Assembly: GCA_902798595.1 (NCBI GenBank) | Contig: CADBXE010000002.1 | Location: forward strand, 166,741 to 230,740 | Direction of reading: 5' to 3' | Length of the DNA: 64,000 nt | Source: an uncultured Erysipelotrichaceae bacterium | GTDB taxonomy: Bacteria; Bacillota_I; Bacilli_A; RFN20; CAG-826 | Shown: one piece after another, positions 30,169 through 40,608 of the stretch | Layout: every line of letters starts with the position of its first letter | Numbering within the stretch: the first letter of the stretch is position 1 | Position numbers and translations under genes: made by a program | The notes under the pieces: model-generated | Told to the model about the DNA's origin: nothing | Seen by the model: the letters and a program-made list of their open reading frames with translations, nothing else | The model's database searches: none

Positions 30169-31303
30169 ATTTTTTGAAGATTTTTTTGAATTTCGCTAAT
30201 AACGAATCATCTTTGCCAATTTCTTGACGATATTGTGTTAATAGTTCTTTCTGCTTTCTATTTAATGAAGTTGGCATCTTAATATCCAAATGGAGGTATT
30301 GATCACCAGGTCTTCCGCTTCTTAAATCTTTCACGCCTTGACCACGCATCCTGAAGATTTGTCCAGGCTGTGTGCCAGCGGGAATATTAAGTGAAGCTTC
30401 TCCATAGACCGTTGGAACATCAACGCTTGTACCAAGTATCGCATCGATAAAATCAATAGGAACAGTTAAGTGGATGTCATTACCATCTCTTTTAAAGTAT
30501 TGATGTGGCTTGACGTTCACTTCAACGAATAAGTCACCATTAGGACCACCGTTAGCGCCTCTTTCGCCTAAACCTTGAACACGAATTTGTTGCCCGTTAT
30601 TGATACCGGCGATAATGTGAACTTTAATGTTCTTCTTTACACGGTTATAGCCTTTGCCACCGCAGTGTGGGCACGGATTGGTAATAATCTTGCCAGTGCC
30701 GTTACAGCGGGAACATGTTTCTTGTTGTTCGATGACGCCAAAGAGACTTCTTCTTTGTACACGTACAAAGCCATGACCACCACAGTTTGGACAGGTTTGA
30801 ACATCGCTTGGTGATTTAGCACCTGTACCATGGCAAGATGAACACTGTTCATCAACGGTCAAAGGTATTTCAATATCACGGCCTAAGATGGTGTCCATAA
30901 AGTCGACTTTAACACGCATAATTGCGTCGTTGCCTCTTCTTGGACCTGTGCTCGCTCTTTGAGAGCGGCGACCACCACCGAAGAACGATGAGAAGATATC
31001 GCCTAAGTCTACGCCATCCGCACCACCAAAGCCTCCGAATCCACCTTCGAATGGATTTGAACCTGGTTGACCCGCTCCTTGTTCGAAAGCGGCAAAGCCG
31101 AATTGGTCATAGGCACTTCTTTTTTGGTCATCGAAAAGAATGTCATAAGCTTCTTGTACTTCTTTAAACTTTTCCGCATCACCAGTTTCGTGGTTATCAG
31201 GATGGTATTTTTTAGCGAGTTTACGATAAGCACTTTTGATTTCGTCTTTAGACGCGCCTTTCGCGACACCTAAAACTTCGTAAAGATCTCTTTTATTTGC
31301 CAT
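30167..31303 (-). CDS. dnaJ: Chaperone DnaJ
   Basis: J domain HPD, G/F-rich region, four CxxCxGxG repeats. Confidence 0.97.
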   Translation of the reverse strand: MANKRDLYEVLGVAKGASKDEIKSAYRKLAKKYHPDNHETGDAEKFKEVQEAYDILFDDQKRSAYDQFGFAAFEQGAGQPGSNPFEGGFGGFGGADGVDLGDIFSSFFGGGRRSQRASTGPRRGNDAIMRVKVDFMDTILGRDIEIPLTVDEQCSSCHGTGAKSPSDVQTCPNCGGHGFVRVQRRSLFGVIEQQETCSRCNGTGKIITNPCPHCGGKGYNRVKKNIKVHIIAGINNGQQIRVQGLGERGANGGPNGDLFVEVNVKPHQYFKRDGNDIHLTVPIDFIDAILGTSVDVPTVYGEASLNIPAGTQPGQIFRMRGQGVKDLRSGRPGDQYLHLDIKMPTSLNRKQKELLTQYRQEIGKDDSLLAKFKKIFKK

Positions 31304-31378
31304 GATATTCCTTCCTATTCACGCATAGAGGGGCCGAAGCCCCTACTAATGCCTGAAAACATTCTTAATAATTGATTA

Positions 31379-33208
31379 TTAGTTTTTGCTTGTGAAGTCA
31401 GCATCAACGACATCGTCTGGGTTTGTACCAGCGGTACCTTCGTTATTAGCTTGACCATTTGGTTGTGCGCCTTGGTTAGCTTGTGCTTGTTGCATATAAG
31501 CGGCAGCTTGTTCAAGTTCACTAATACGTTTTCTTAAAGTTTCCATATCGTTATTGTCTAACGCGGTCTTTAATTCATCACGTAATTTTTGTGTTTGTTC
31601 TTTTTGGCTTGGATCCATGTTGGCGCCTTTTTCTTGCATAGCGATGTCGATGTCGTTAATTAAGCTTTCAGCTTTATTACGGAGTTCGATTTCTTCTTTA
31701 CGCTTTGCATCTTCTTCAGCGTGAGCTTCGGCTTCCCTAACCATTCTATCGATATCTTCTTTGGAGAGACCGTTACTACCGGAGATGGTAATATTTTGTT
31801 CTTTTTGTGTATCTAAGTCTTTAGCGTTGACTTTAACGATACCATTAACGTCGATAGAGAAGGTAACTTCAATACGTGGTTCACCACGTCTTGCTGGCTT
31901 AATACCATTGAGTTGGAAGTGACCTAATAATTTGTTATCGTGGGCCATTGGTCTTTCACCTTGGTAAACCATGATATCAACGGCTGGTTGGTTATCAGCG
32001 GCTGTGGAGAAGACTTGGCTCTTTGTGGTTGGAATAGTTGTATTTCTTGTGATTAATGGAGTCATGACGCCACCTAAGGTTTCAATACCTAAGGTTAATG
32101 GAGTAACGTCGAGTAAGACTACGTCTTTGACATCACCAGAGACGACACCACCTTGGTAAGCCGCACCAATGGAAACAGCTTCATCTGGGTTGACGGATAA
32201 GTTTGGTTTCTTACCAGTTAATCTAGCCACTAATTCTTGAACGGCTGGCATACGGATGGAACCACCGATTAATAAGACTTGGTTGAGTTCGGAAGCACTC
32301 ATGTGAGCGTCGCTTAAGGCTCTTCTCACTGGTTCTTCACATCTATTTAATAAATGTCTTGTTAAGTCTTGGAATTTAGCACGTGTTAATGTGACTTCGA
32401 AGTTAACTGGACCAGCGGATGTCATGCTAATGAATGGTAAGGAGATAACTGTTTCCATAGAAGCAGAGAGTTCGATTTTCGCTTTTTCAGCAGCTTCTCT
32501 AATTCTTTGTAAGGAACCTTTATCTGTAATATCAACATTGGATTGAATTTTGATTTGGGCCTTGATCCAATCAGCAACGACTTGATCCCAGTCATCACCA
32601 CCGAGGTGGTTATCACCAGCAGTACTCACAACTTCGAATGTACCATCACCGATATCAAGGATGGAAACGTCGAATGTACCACCACCTAAGTCGAAGACTA
32701 AAATCTTTTCGGATTTATCGTTTTCTAAGCCGTAGGCTAAGGCGGCAGCGGTTGGTTCGTTAATAATACGAACGACATCTAAGCCAGCGATTTGACCAGC
32801 GTCTTTTGTCGCTTGTCTTTGGGCATCGTTGAAGTAAGCAGGAACAGTAATAACTGCTTTTTGGACTGATTGACCTAAGTGGGCTTCAGCGTATTTCTTC
32901 ATATAAGCAAGAATCTTTGCGGAGATTTCCTGTGGGGTGAATGATTTGTTCACACATTTAATGTTGACCTTTTCTGCACTACCCATAATTCTTTTAATGG
33001 ATGAGACAGTATCTGGGTTGGTGACAGCTTGTCTTTTCGCAGCGTTACCGACGATTTCTTCACCGTTTGCTTTAAAAGCAACGACGGATGGAGTTGTCAC
33101 TGTACCTTCTGGGTTTGGAATGACTTTGACAGTGCCATCAGCTTGTAAATAACTGACGACTGAGTTTGTGGTACCTAAGTCGATACCTAAGATAATTTCT
33201 TTTGCCAT
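31379..33208 (-). CDS. dnaK: Chaperone DnaK
   Basis: [25 protein letters not shown]. Confidence 0.98.
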   Translation of the reverse strand: MAKEIILGIDLGTTNSVVSYLQADGTVKVIPNPEGTVTTPSVVAFKANGEEIVGNAAKRQAVTNPDTVSSIKRIMGSAEKVNIKCVNKSFTPQEISAKILAYMKKYAEAHLGQSVQKAVITVPAYFNDAQRQATKDAGQIAGLDVVRIINEPTAAALAYGLENDKSEKILVFDLGGGTFDVSILDIGDGTFEVVSTAGDNHLGGDDWDQVVADWIKAQIKIQSNVDITDKGSLQRIREAAEKAKIELSASMETVISLPFISMTSAGPVNFEVTLTRAKFQDLTRHLLNRCEEPVRRALSDAHMSASELNQVLLIGGSIRMPAVQELVARLTGKKPNLSVNPDEAVSIGAAYQGGVVSGDVKDVVLLDVTPLTLGIETLGGVMTPLITRNTTIPTTKSQVFSTAADNQPAVDIMVYQGERPMAHDNKLLGHFQLNGIKPARRGEPRIEVTFSIDVNGIVKVNAKDLDTQKEQNITISGSNGLSKEDIDRMVREAEAHAEEDAKRKEEIELRNKAESLINDIDIAMQEKGANMDPSQKEQTQKLRDELKTALDNNDMETLRKRISELEQAAAYMQQAQANQGAQPNGQANNEGTAGTNPDDVVDADFTSKN

Positions 33209-33224
33209 AATTTATTTCCTCCTA

Positions 33225-33800
33225 TTAAGCGTCTGCTTTGACGCTTTCTTTTGGTTGTTCTTCTTTTTTGTTTTTGCTCACCGAGACTCTTGCAGGTCTA
33301 ATGAGACGTCCGTGTAATTCGTAGCCTTTGGCATACACTCTTGTGACGAGGTTTTCTTCGCCCTCTTGTTCTGTAGTGTCAACGGCATCCATTTTGTCAG
33401 CGGAGAATTTATCTCCCACCTTTGGCGCGTATTCTTTTACACCTTCATTTTCTAACGCACTCACGAAGTTACGATAGATGAATTGGAAACCCACTAAGTA
33501 GTTCTTAACTTCTGGGCTATTTGGTTCGGTTTCTAGCGCCATATGGAAGCTATCGAGTACTGGAAGTAATTCTTCGATAAATCCCATCGCACGATACTTC
33601 ATTGCTTCGGAATGTTCTTTTTCTAAGTTAGTACGTAAGTTCTTGGTATCAGCATAAGCACGGTAGTATTCATTTTTCCAATGATCCACTGCAGCATTTG
33701 CTTTAGCAAGTTCTTCTTCTAATTCTTGAATTCTTTTCTTGTCTTTGTTTTTTTCTTCTTTAACGGCTTCTTTTGCTTCTTGTTTTTCTTTATTAGGCAT
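33225..33800 (-). CDS. grpE: Nucleotide exchange factor GrpE
   Basis: ELLPVLDSF, KGYELHGRLIRPARVSV; operon position. Confidence 0.95.
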   Translation of the reverse strand: MPNKEKQEAKEAVKEEKNKDKKRIQELEEELAKANAAVDHWKNEYYRAYADTKNLRTNLEKEHSEAMKYRAMGFIEELLPVLDSFHMALETEPNSPEVKNYLVGFQFIYRNFVSALENEGVKEYAPKVGDKFSADKMDAVDTTEQEGEENLVTRVYAKGYELHGRLIRPARVSVSKNKKEEQPKESVKADA

Positions 33801-34836
33801 CGCCTTTACCTCCTTTGTTGTTTAATCCCTTAAAGTAATCAGTTAATGTTTCAGCGATGTACTCAAGAGCGCTTAACGCTTGGTCATAGTCGATTCTGGT
33901 TGGACCGAGCAATGTAATTGCGCGGTTTCCTTCTTCGCCAAGATCAATCTTTGCTGTCACCATTGAGACATCAGGATTGCCTTCGATATCACCGATACGA
34001 ATGATTCGGTCTTCGTCATCCTTTTTGATTTCATCTTTGACTTCTTTAAGGAGTTGTTGATCATTGAGAAGTTTGAATACTCTTTCAAGTTTCTCAGTAT
34101 CGTTTTTGTATTCTTCGTGATTGAATAACTCATCTCTACCATAGAGGCTTAAACGGTCACTAGCGAAGCGCATGAATGTTTCAAGCAAAGCTTGGTAAAC
34201 AAGGTCATGGCCGACGATGTAATCGTTAAGGACTGGTTTAAGAGCTTCAGTCTTTTCAACAAGTTCAACGATTGGTGTACCTTTTAATCTGTCATTAAGT
34301 AAGGACACACAGTTGACGATTTCGCCCGCTTTTAAATTTTCAGGAACGATGAAGGTTTTGTTTTCAACATAGCCTTTATCAGTCACGAAGATTGCGGTAA
34401 TTGTGTTATCAGAGATCTGCACCATTTGGATAGAGGCGAGCTTTTCTTTGTTTTCATCTGGACCCATAACGACAGTCACTAAGTTAGTCATATGAGATAA
34501 AATCTCACAACTTTCCTTAATAACCGCATCAATAGATTTGACTTTTTGGTCTAAAACAGTTTGAATGCTGTTCTTTAATTGTTCATTAACAGAACCGTCT
34601 CTAAGCTTTTCGCAGTAGTATCTATATCCTTGAGCGGATGGAACTCTACCACTACTAGAATGGGTCTTTTCGATTAAGCCCATTTTTTCAAGAGCAAACA
34701 TTTCATTTCTAATTGTCGCGGAAGAATAAGGAAGTTTGTATTCTTCGATGAGGGTGTGAGAGCCAACTGGTTGCGCATTCTTAATAAAGTATTCAACGAT
34801 GTATTTTAAAATCGTATCACTACGGTTAAGAGCCAT
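33793..34836 (-). CDS. hrcA: Heat-inducible repressor HrcA
   Basis: PVGS, SSATIRNEM, HSSSGRVPS, LGPTRIDY. Confidence 0.95.
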   Translation of the reverse strand: MALNRSDTILKYIVEYFIKNAQPVGSHTLIEEYKLPYSSATIRNEMFALEKMGLIEKTHSSSGRVPSAQGYRYYCEKLRDGSVNEQLKNSIQTVLDQKVKSIDAVIKESCEILSHMTNLVTVVMGPDENKEKLASIQMVQISDNTITAIFVTDKGYVENKTFIVPENLKAGEIVNCVSLLNDRLKGTPIVELVEKTEALKPVLNDYIVGHDLVYQALLETFMRFASDRLSLYGRDELFNHEEYKNDTEKLERVFKLLNDQQLLKEVKDEIKKDDEDRIIRIGDIEGNPDVSMVTAKIDLGEEGNRAITLLGPTRIDYDQALSALEYIAETLTDYFKGLNNKGGKGDA

Positions 34837-34852
34837 GGTTTTCTCCTCCTTT

Positions 34853-34925
34853 TTAGCACTCTATCTCTTTCTGTGCTAACTACATTTTACTGAATTAATT
34901 AGCACTGTCAAGCAATATCTGCTAA
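34853..34925. promoter_or_regulatory. Two CIRCE elements overlapping the hrcA promoter
   Basis: TTAGCACTC-N9-CTGTGCTAA (34853-34879) and TTAGCACTG-N9-ATCTGCTAA (34899-34925); minus-strand TTGACA (34911-34906), 16 bp, TAAAAT (34889-34884). Confidence 0.9.
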
Positions 34926-34975
34926 TTTTTTAATTTATATTTATATAGAATAAGGATTTATAGGTGAATAGGTAT

Positions 34976-34997
34976 AAAAAAGCGGGAAAACCCGCTC
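34976..34997 (-). terminator. Terminator after hemW
   Basis: AGCGGG-tttt-CCCGCT followed by a U-run on the minus strand. Confidence 0.75.
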
Positions 34998-35018
34998 TGT
35001 TTTAGCCAGTTTTTAGCC

Positions 35019-36083
35019 TTAAATCAGCTGCAAAATGATGGTATCGAGGATCATCATACCCTCATAAGTCGGGCATAATCTATCACCTTGTTTTTCTAGA
35101 TAGCCATCCTTAATCAAAGAGGCAATTTCTTTCTCTTTGTTTTTTAATAGTGACAAGGAGATTCCTTCTTTTGTTCTGAGGTTTAGCATCACTTGATAAG
35201 TGAAGATATCTTTATCAGTTACTTCTTCTTTATCCTGGATATATTCACCTTTTAGGTATTTATCTAAGTTAACTGTGTTTTTATAACGAAGATTACCAAT
35301 ATATCCAGAGGCTCCTAAGCCCACTCCATAGTATTGTTTGTTCCTCCAATATGTGAGGTTGTGTTCGGATTGATAACCCGGTAAACACCAGTTAGAAACT
35401 TCGTAATGTTCGAATCCCTTTTCTTTTAGAAAATTATGGACGATATCATAGTTTTTACGCATCAAATCATCATTCATTTCTCTAAAACCTTGATTGAATA
35501 AAACTGTATGGGGATGAATGGTTAAGGCGTAGCAGGACATATGCTTAACGCCTAAGGATGTGAGATTTTCTAAATCTCTTTTCAAAAGAGTCTCACTACT
35601 ATGCGGTAAGCCAAGAATTAGATCAACGTTAATATTATCGATCTTATTTTCTTTTAAAAGATTAATTGCCTTAACCACGTCTTCATAGCTGTGTTGACGG
35701 TTAATAGCCTTTAAGACTTTTGAATCTGTGCTTTGCACCCCTAAGGAGATGCGATTAACACCATATTGTTTTGAAAGTTTGATTTTGCTTTCACTTAATG
35801 ATTCAGGATTAGCCTCAAAAGTATACTCTTTTACACCTTTGGTATATGGTTTAATAATCTCCAATAGCTCTAAGAACAAATCATCTTCTAAGGCGGTTGG
35901 GGTTCCACCACCGACATAGATAGTTTTAAGTTCCCCAATTTGATATGAAATCAGTTCTTCTTTGAGCTTTTCTAAATATTTAACAGCGAACATACGAAAA
36001 TACTGCAACTTAGTAAAGTCGCAGTAATCGCAAATATTTTCGCAGAAAGGTATGTGAATATATAGAGAAGCTGGTTTATTCAT
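35019..36083 (-). CDS. hemW: Radical SAM heme chaperone HemW (HemN-like)
   Basis: LYIHIPFCENICDYCDF, GGGTPT, YEVSN, HNLTYW; start ATG 36083. Confidence 0.92.
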   Translation of the reverse strand: MNKPASLYIHIPFCENICDYCDFTKLQYFRMFAVKYLEKLKEELISYQIGELKTIYVGGGTPTALEDDLFLELLEIIKPYTKGVKEYTFEANPESLSESKIKLSKQYGVNRISLGVQSTDSKVLKAINRQHSYEDVVKAINLLKENKIDNINVDLILGLPHSSETLLKRDLENLTSLGVKHMSCYALTIHPHTVLFNQGFREMNDDLMRKNYDIVHNFLKEKGFEHYEVSNWCLPGYQSEHNLTYWRNKQYYGVGLGASGYIGNLRYKNTVNLDKYLKGEYIQDKEEVTDKDIFTYQVMLNLRTKEGISLSLLKNKEKEIASLIKDGYLEKQGDRLCPTYEGMMILDTIILQLI

Positions 36084-36291
36084 CTTCCTTATATTTCGCA
36101 ATTTCTTCCGCCGCTTGTTCGTCTTCCACATCTTGGAGGACACGGCTTAATTCGTCTTTAAGAATTTCTTCATCGCTTGGTTTTTCTTCCTTAAGTCTTG
36201 GTCTTAAAATACGATAGATAATGAAAGCCACGATGGCAATAACCGCTGTGACAGCAATAACGATAAGTAATATGAGTAATCCTTCTGGCAT
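36076..36291 (-). CDS. Small single-pass membrane protein, hypothetical
   Basis: AAGGAG SD, N-terminal TM helix, acidic tail; overlaps the hemW start. Confidence 0.7.
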   Translation of the reverse strand: MPEGLLILLIVIAVTAVIAIVAFIIYRILRPRLKEEKPSDEEILKDELSRVLQDVEDEQAAEEIAKYKEDE

Positions 36292-36303
36292 GATAATAGC
36301 TCC

Positions 36304-37794
36304 TTATTCTCTTTCAACTGGAATATAAACGTATTTATTTTTAATCTTTTCTTTGCGATAGTAAAGAAGTTCTGCTAAATGATCCATTGATGTACGAGCG
36401 GTTTCATAGGCACAATGGAGGCTCTTCTTATATTGCGCGATGGTATATTTTTTACCTTTTGTGCAATGTCTAGCATAGAATTTGGCTTCGCCTTTTTTCA
36501 GTTCAGGATCTCTTTCTAAGAGGTCTTGTTCTAGAAGAACAGCTTGCTTTTCATCTAACGCAACAGGAATATAAGCAACAGCAAGTTCTTCTTGCACATA
36601 AGTCACTTTGACAGTCTTTTTCTTTGGTGTTTCAACAGCAACCACTTCCCGTGGTTCTTCACGAGTTTTTTCAACTTGTTGAACTGGTGCTGGAGCGGCT
36701 TCTTCTACTTTTTCTTCCGCTTCTTCGGCGAAGAGATCCATAGTTTCTACTCTTGCTGGCTCTGGAATCTCGACTTCTTGAATTGGTTTTTCTTCATCAA
36801 CTTGATAGAAATCAGCGCGCATTTCTGCGACCTTCGCAGTAGCGATATCATCTAAGAATGTATCGCAGTACTTGCTTAAGTATTTGAAAGCATAATCAAC
36901 GAAATATGTGACGTCAGCAGTCTTTTGTACTTCCACATAAATACGAGCGGCTTCTTCTTTTGGTAAAAGTAAGAGCTTTTCAAATGGAAGCATGACAACA
37001 GAATCACCAAATGCCTCGTGCGCTAATACGGCTTTAGCCATTAAAACGGCCATTTCCTCAGAATAATTAGCGAACGGTTTAACAAAGTTAATATAGAAGA
37101 AAGTAATGGTAGCTTTTAAGGATGTTGGTAATGTGGAGCTGTTAATGAATGTGAATAAACTGTTCATCATAGGTCCAATTAAGTTAACAGGCGCAGATGT
37201 GTATACACGGTCAATAAGGACACGATTTTCTGGATTTCTATCTTCACTTGTACGATAGAAAGTAACCAATTCTTCTGTGCCTAGGAGTTTAGCATAGAGT
37301 TCAGCAAGAAAATCTTCATCAATTGCATTGACATATGCACGCCTAATGTAGTTTAATGCTTGAAGGTAGTTCACCAAAACCATGTTTGTTGGAATTGCGC
37401 TTACTATTTCATTACGCATAACGCTATCGATAAAATCTTCGCCCACGTGTAATTGTTCGAATTCATTCAAGATGTTAAGAACTTCTTTTTTAAAGGTGTA
37501 GTCAACATTCTTAAATTGTTTCGTGTTAGGCGCGAGCATCATGCATTCGCGATTAACTCTAAGAAGTTTGGCTTCTAAGTTATTGACTAAGCTATTGATG
37601 GCTGGACAGCCACAGAACAAGAGCATGTTCTTTTCAATAGTTCTGATTGATAAATAGTGATAAAAATTGGAGCGATATGAAAGAATGTTGCTCCAAAATG
37701 GATCGACTGAAGAGACTTTAAGTTCACGACCAACTTCTAATTTGGTGGCATATTTGTCTTCAGTAAAACGCATCGCATAATCATTGCCTGCCAT
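36304..37794 (-). CDS. Fic-fold protein with degenerate active site and C-terminal winged HTH
   Basis: NYLQAL...ELYAKL...YRT helices; KPFANYSEEMA in place of HPFxDGNGRxxR; C-terminal YTIAQY....CAYETARTSMDHL. Confidence 0.7.
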   Translation of the reverse strand: MAGNDYAMRFTEDKYATKLEVGRELKVSSVDPFWSNILSYRSNFYHYLSIRTIEKNMLLFCGCPAINSLVNNLEAKLLRVNRECMMLAPNTKQFKNVDYTFKKEVLNILNEFEQLHVGEDFIDSVMRNEIVSAIPTNMVLVNYLQALNYIRRAYVNAIDEDFLAELYAKLLGTEELVTFYRTSEDRNPENRVLIDRVYTSAPVNLIGPMMNSLFTFINSSTLPTSLKATITFFYINFVKPFANYSEEMAVLMAKAVLAHEAFGDSVVMLPFEKLLLLPKEEAARIYVEVQKTADVTYFVDYAFKYLSKYCDTFLDDIATAKVAEMRADFYQVDEEKPIQEVEIPEPARVETMDLFAEEAEEKVEEAAPAPVQQVEKTREEPREVVAVETPKKKTVKVTYVQEELAVAYIPVALDEKQAVLLEQDLLERDPELKKGEAKFYARHCTKGKKYTIAQYKKSLHCAYETARTSMDHLAELLYYRKEKIKNKYVYIPVERE

Positions 37795-37878
37795 ATAAAA
37801 GTACCTCTTTATACTTCTATATTACAGGAAGTAGATTTTATTGCAAATAATTTATTCTAAAAAACTACTAATTTTAAA

Positions 37879-39696
37879 CTAGTTATCTTCTTCTTCGTCA
37901 ATGGAAAGAATACTCATAAATGCTTCTTGTGGCACTTCAACAGAGCCAACTTTCTTCATTCTCTTCTTACCTTCTTTTTGCTTTTCGAGAAGTTTCTTCT
38001 TACGAGAGATATCACCACCATAGCACTTTGCTAAGACGTCTTTTCTCACAGCCTTAACATCGCATCTAGCAATGACTTTGCCACCGATTGCGGCTTGGAT
38101 TGGAATCTCGAATTGTTGACGAGGAATAACTGTTTTAATCTTACGGATAATACCTAAACCACGATGATAACCATCTGGACGATAGATAATGCTACTAAGA
38201 GCGTCCACAATTTGTCCATTAAGCAAAATATCAAGTTTGACTAGGTCAGCGCGCTTATAATCGCTGAAATCATAGTCAAATGAGGCATAGCCTTTTGTGT
38301 AGCTCTTGAGTTTATCAAAGAAGTTATAAACGATTTCACTTAATGGCAATTCATAGGTTAATACCATACGTGTATCATCGAAGTAATCTAAGTTCTCGTA
38401 AATGCCTCTTCTTTCACGGCATAATTCCATGATTGGGCCAATATATTCTTTTGGCGTCATGATATTAGCTTTGATGTAAGGCTCTTCTATGAATGAAATC
38501 TTGCTAGCGTCAGGAAGTTTGCTTGGGTTATCTAAGTTGATAACTTCTCCGTCTGTCATGTGAACTTTATAAATAACGGAAGGTGCGGTTAAAATGAGAT
38601 CGAGATTATATTCTCTTTCTAATCTTTCTTGTACGACGTCCATATGCAATAAACCTAAGAAACCACATCTAAAGCCAAAGCCTAAGGCTTGGCTTGTTTC
38701 AGCTGTAAATTGCAAAGAAGCATCATTTAATGTGAGTTTTTCTAAGGCTTCTTTTAAAGCCTGATAATCATCACTATCGACAGGATAAAGGCCGCAATAA
38801 ACCATTGGATTCATAATACGATAACCTGGTAAGGCTTCTTTAGCAGGGTTCTCAACAAGGGTAACCGTATCACCAGGATGGACATCTTTGATGTCTTTAA
38901 TCTGCGCAGCGATATAACCGACTTGTCCAGCTTCTAAGGTATCGGTTTTAACTTCCTTAGGTGTTCTGATGCCAAGTTCGATAACTTGATATTCTTTATT
39001 GGCTTGCATTAAGCGAATCTTATCGCCAACTTTGACAGAACCGTCTTTGATTCTTACTAAAACAATGACACCTCTATATGGGTCATAGTAACTATCAAAG
39101 ATTAAAGCCTTTAAAGGAGCCTTCAAGTCTCCATGAGGAGCGGGAACACCTTTGACAATAGCTTCCAATAATTCGTGTACGTGTAAGCCTGTTTTTGCAC
39201 TAACTTCAATGGCTTCATCGCAAGGAATGCCAATCTTCTTTTCGATTTCTTGCTTAGCCATATCAACGTTAGCAGATGGTAAATCAACTTTGTTGATAAC
39301 TGGTAAAATTTCTAAATCATTGTCGACTGCCAAATAGGCGTTAGCGAGCGTTTGTGCTTCTACGCCTTGTGTGGCATCCACAACTAAAAGAGCGCCTTCG
39401 CAAGCAGCTAATGAGCGGGATACCTCATATGTGAAGTCGACGTGTCCGGGAGTATCGATGAGATTGAAGATGTATTCTTCACCATCATCTGCTTTATATG
39501 ACAAGGTCACAGCGTTTAACTTAATAGTGATACCTCTTTCTCTTTCTAAGTCCATAGAATCGAGAATTTGGTCTTTCATTTCTCTAAGTTCCACCGCTCC
39601 GGTCAATTCTAAAATACGATCCGCTAATGTGGATTTGCCATGGTCAATATGAGCAATGATTGAAAAGTTTCTGATTTTTTTCTGAGAAAAATCCAT
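37879..39696 (-). CDS. lepA: Elongation factor 4
   Basis: [46 protein letters not shown]. Confidence 0.98.
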   Translation of the reverse strand: MDFSQKKIRNFSIIAHIDHGKSTLADRILELTGAVELREMKDQILDSMDLERERGITIKLNAVTLSYKADDGEEYIFNLIDTPGHVDFTYEVSRSLAACEGALLVVDATQGVEAQTLANAYLAVDNDLEILPVINKVDLPSANVDMAKQEIEKKIGIPCDEAIEVSAKTGLHVHELLEAIVKGVPAPHGDLKAPLKALIFDSYYDPYRGVIVLVRIKDGSVKVGDKIRLMQANKEYQVIELGIRTPKEVKTDTLEAGQVGYIAAQIKDIKDVHPGDTVTLVENPAKEALPGYRIMNPMVYCGLYPVDSDDYQALKEALEKLTLNDASLQFTAETSQALGFGFRCGFLGLLHMDVVQERLEREYNLDLILTAPSVIYKVHMTDGEVINLDNPSKLPDASKISFIEEPYIKANIMTPKEYIGPIMELCRERRGIYENLDYFDDTRMVLTYELPLSEIVYNFFDKLKSYTKGYASFDYDFSDYKRADLVKLDILLNGQIVDALSSIIYRPDGYHRGLGIIRKIKTVIPRQQFEIPIQAAIGGKVIARCDVKAVRKDVLAKCYGGDISRKKKLLEKQKEGKKRMKKVGSVEVPQEAFMSILSIDEEEDN

Positions 39697-39698
39697 AT

Positions 39699-40088
39699 TT
39701 ATTGAACACTAGATGAACTGCTACTTGTAGCAGATTCGATTGATGAAATAGTTGGTAAGATAAAGACCAACGCAATAGCGGTCACAATAATCACAAGAGA
39801 GACCACTAAAAGAACGATGTTATACCATTTCTTGCCCACTAATTTAAAAAGCGGAATTTCAAATGGTAATGAAACAATGGAAGAAATGACTGCACCACCG
39901 GCAAGTAAAATCGCATAGATGTAAATGAAAACACCACCGAGTGCGTCGCCAACATCAGCGTCTGGCTTAAATAACGCGTTACACGAAGCTGCAATGAACA
40001 ATGATTCGCCAGTTAGGAATAAAGCAGCGACAGTTACGAAAATGCATGAAAAAACGATGAGTGTTTTACTACTTTTCTTCATTTTCAT
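39699..40088 (-). CDS. Hypothetical membrane protein (about 3 TM)
   Basis: Hydrophobic ORF in operon orientation with a GAGGAG SD. Confidence 0.65.
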   Translation of the reverse strand: MKMKKSSKTLIVFSCIFVTVAALFLTGESLFIAASCNALFKPDADVGDALGGVFIYIYAILLAGGAVISSIVSLPFEIPLFKLVGKKWYNIVLLVVSLVIIVTAIALVFILPTISSIESATSSSSSSVQ

Positions 40089-40584
40089 TTATCTCCTCTG
40101 GAGTGGCTTCCTCCGAAGCTTCTTCTTTTTTCTCTTCCTCTTCGTCAACTTCCACGACAGCTTCTAAGATGCCTGGAATTGGACGATAGAAATGATAAAC
40201 GCCTTCAAAAATGTAGCAAAGGCATAAATAAGAAATAGCGATTGGGAAACCGAGACGGAACACCATCGGATTACTTGGTTGAGCAATGATGCAATAAAGG
40301 TCAAAAGTCACCAAATAGATACCGACAGGTAAATGTAAGGTCTTATCAAGCAAGGAAATTCTTGGTCTTCTTTTTTTGGACAAAAGAGCCCATAAGAAAT
40401 CCACGATGACCCATGTACCACCGAAAACTGTTATCCAGTTAAGGACCAAATGACGTGTGGCGTTATAAGGAATAACTCCTGTAAATTTTAAGATAGCAAC
40501 GACTAAAAAAGCGATTGCAATGATAATTAACTCACCGCTATAGATGAGTTTTGCTTTTGTTAAAGCGTCTAATTTCTTTTTCAT
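40069..40584 (-). CDS. Hypothetical membrane protein (about 4 TM, acidic tail)
   Basis: Hydrophobic ORF; TGcTAAGAT 7 nt before ATG 40584 (alternative ATG at 40590). Confidence 0.7.
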   Translation of the reverse strand: MKKKLDALTKAKLIYSGELIIIAIAFLVVAILKFTGVIPYNATRHLVLNWITVFGGTWVIVDFLWALLSKKRRPRISLLDKTLHLPVGIYLVTFDLYCIIAQPSNPMVFRLGFPIAISYLCLCYIFEGVYHFYRPIPGILEAVVEVDEEEEKKEEASEEATPEEINENEEK

Positions 40585-40608
40585 GGTCATTATCTTAGCA
40601 TTAAATAG

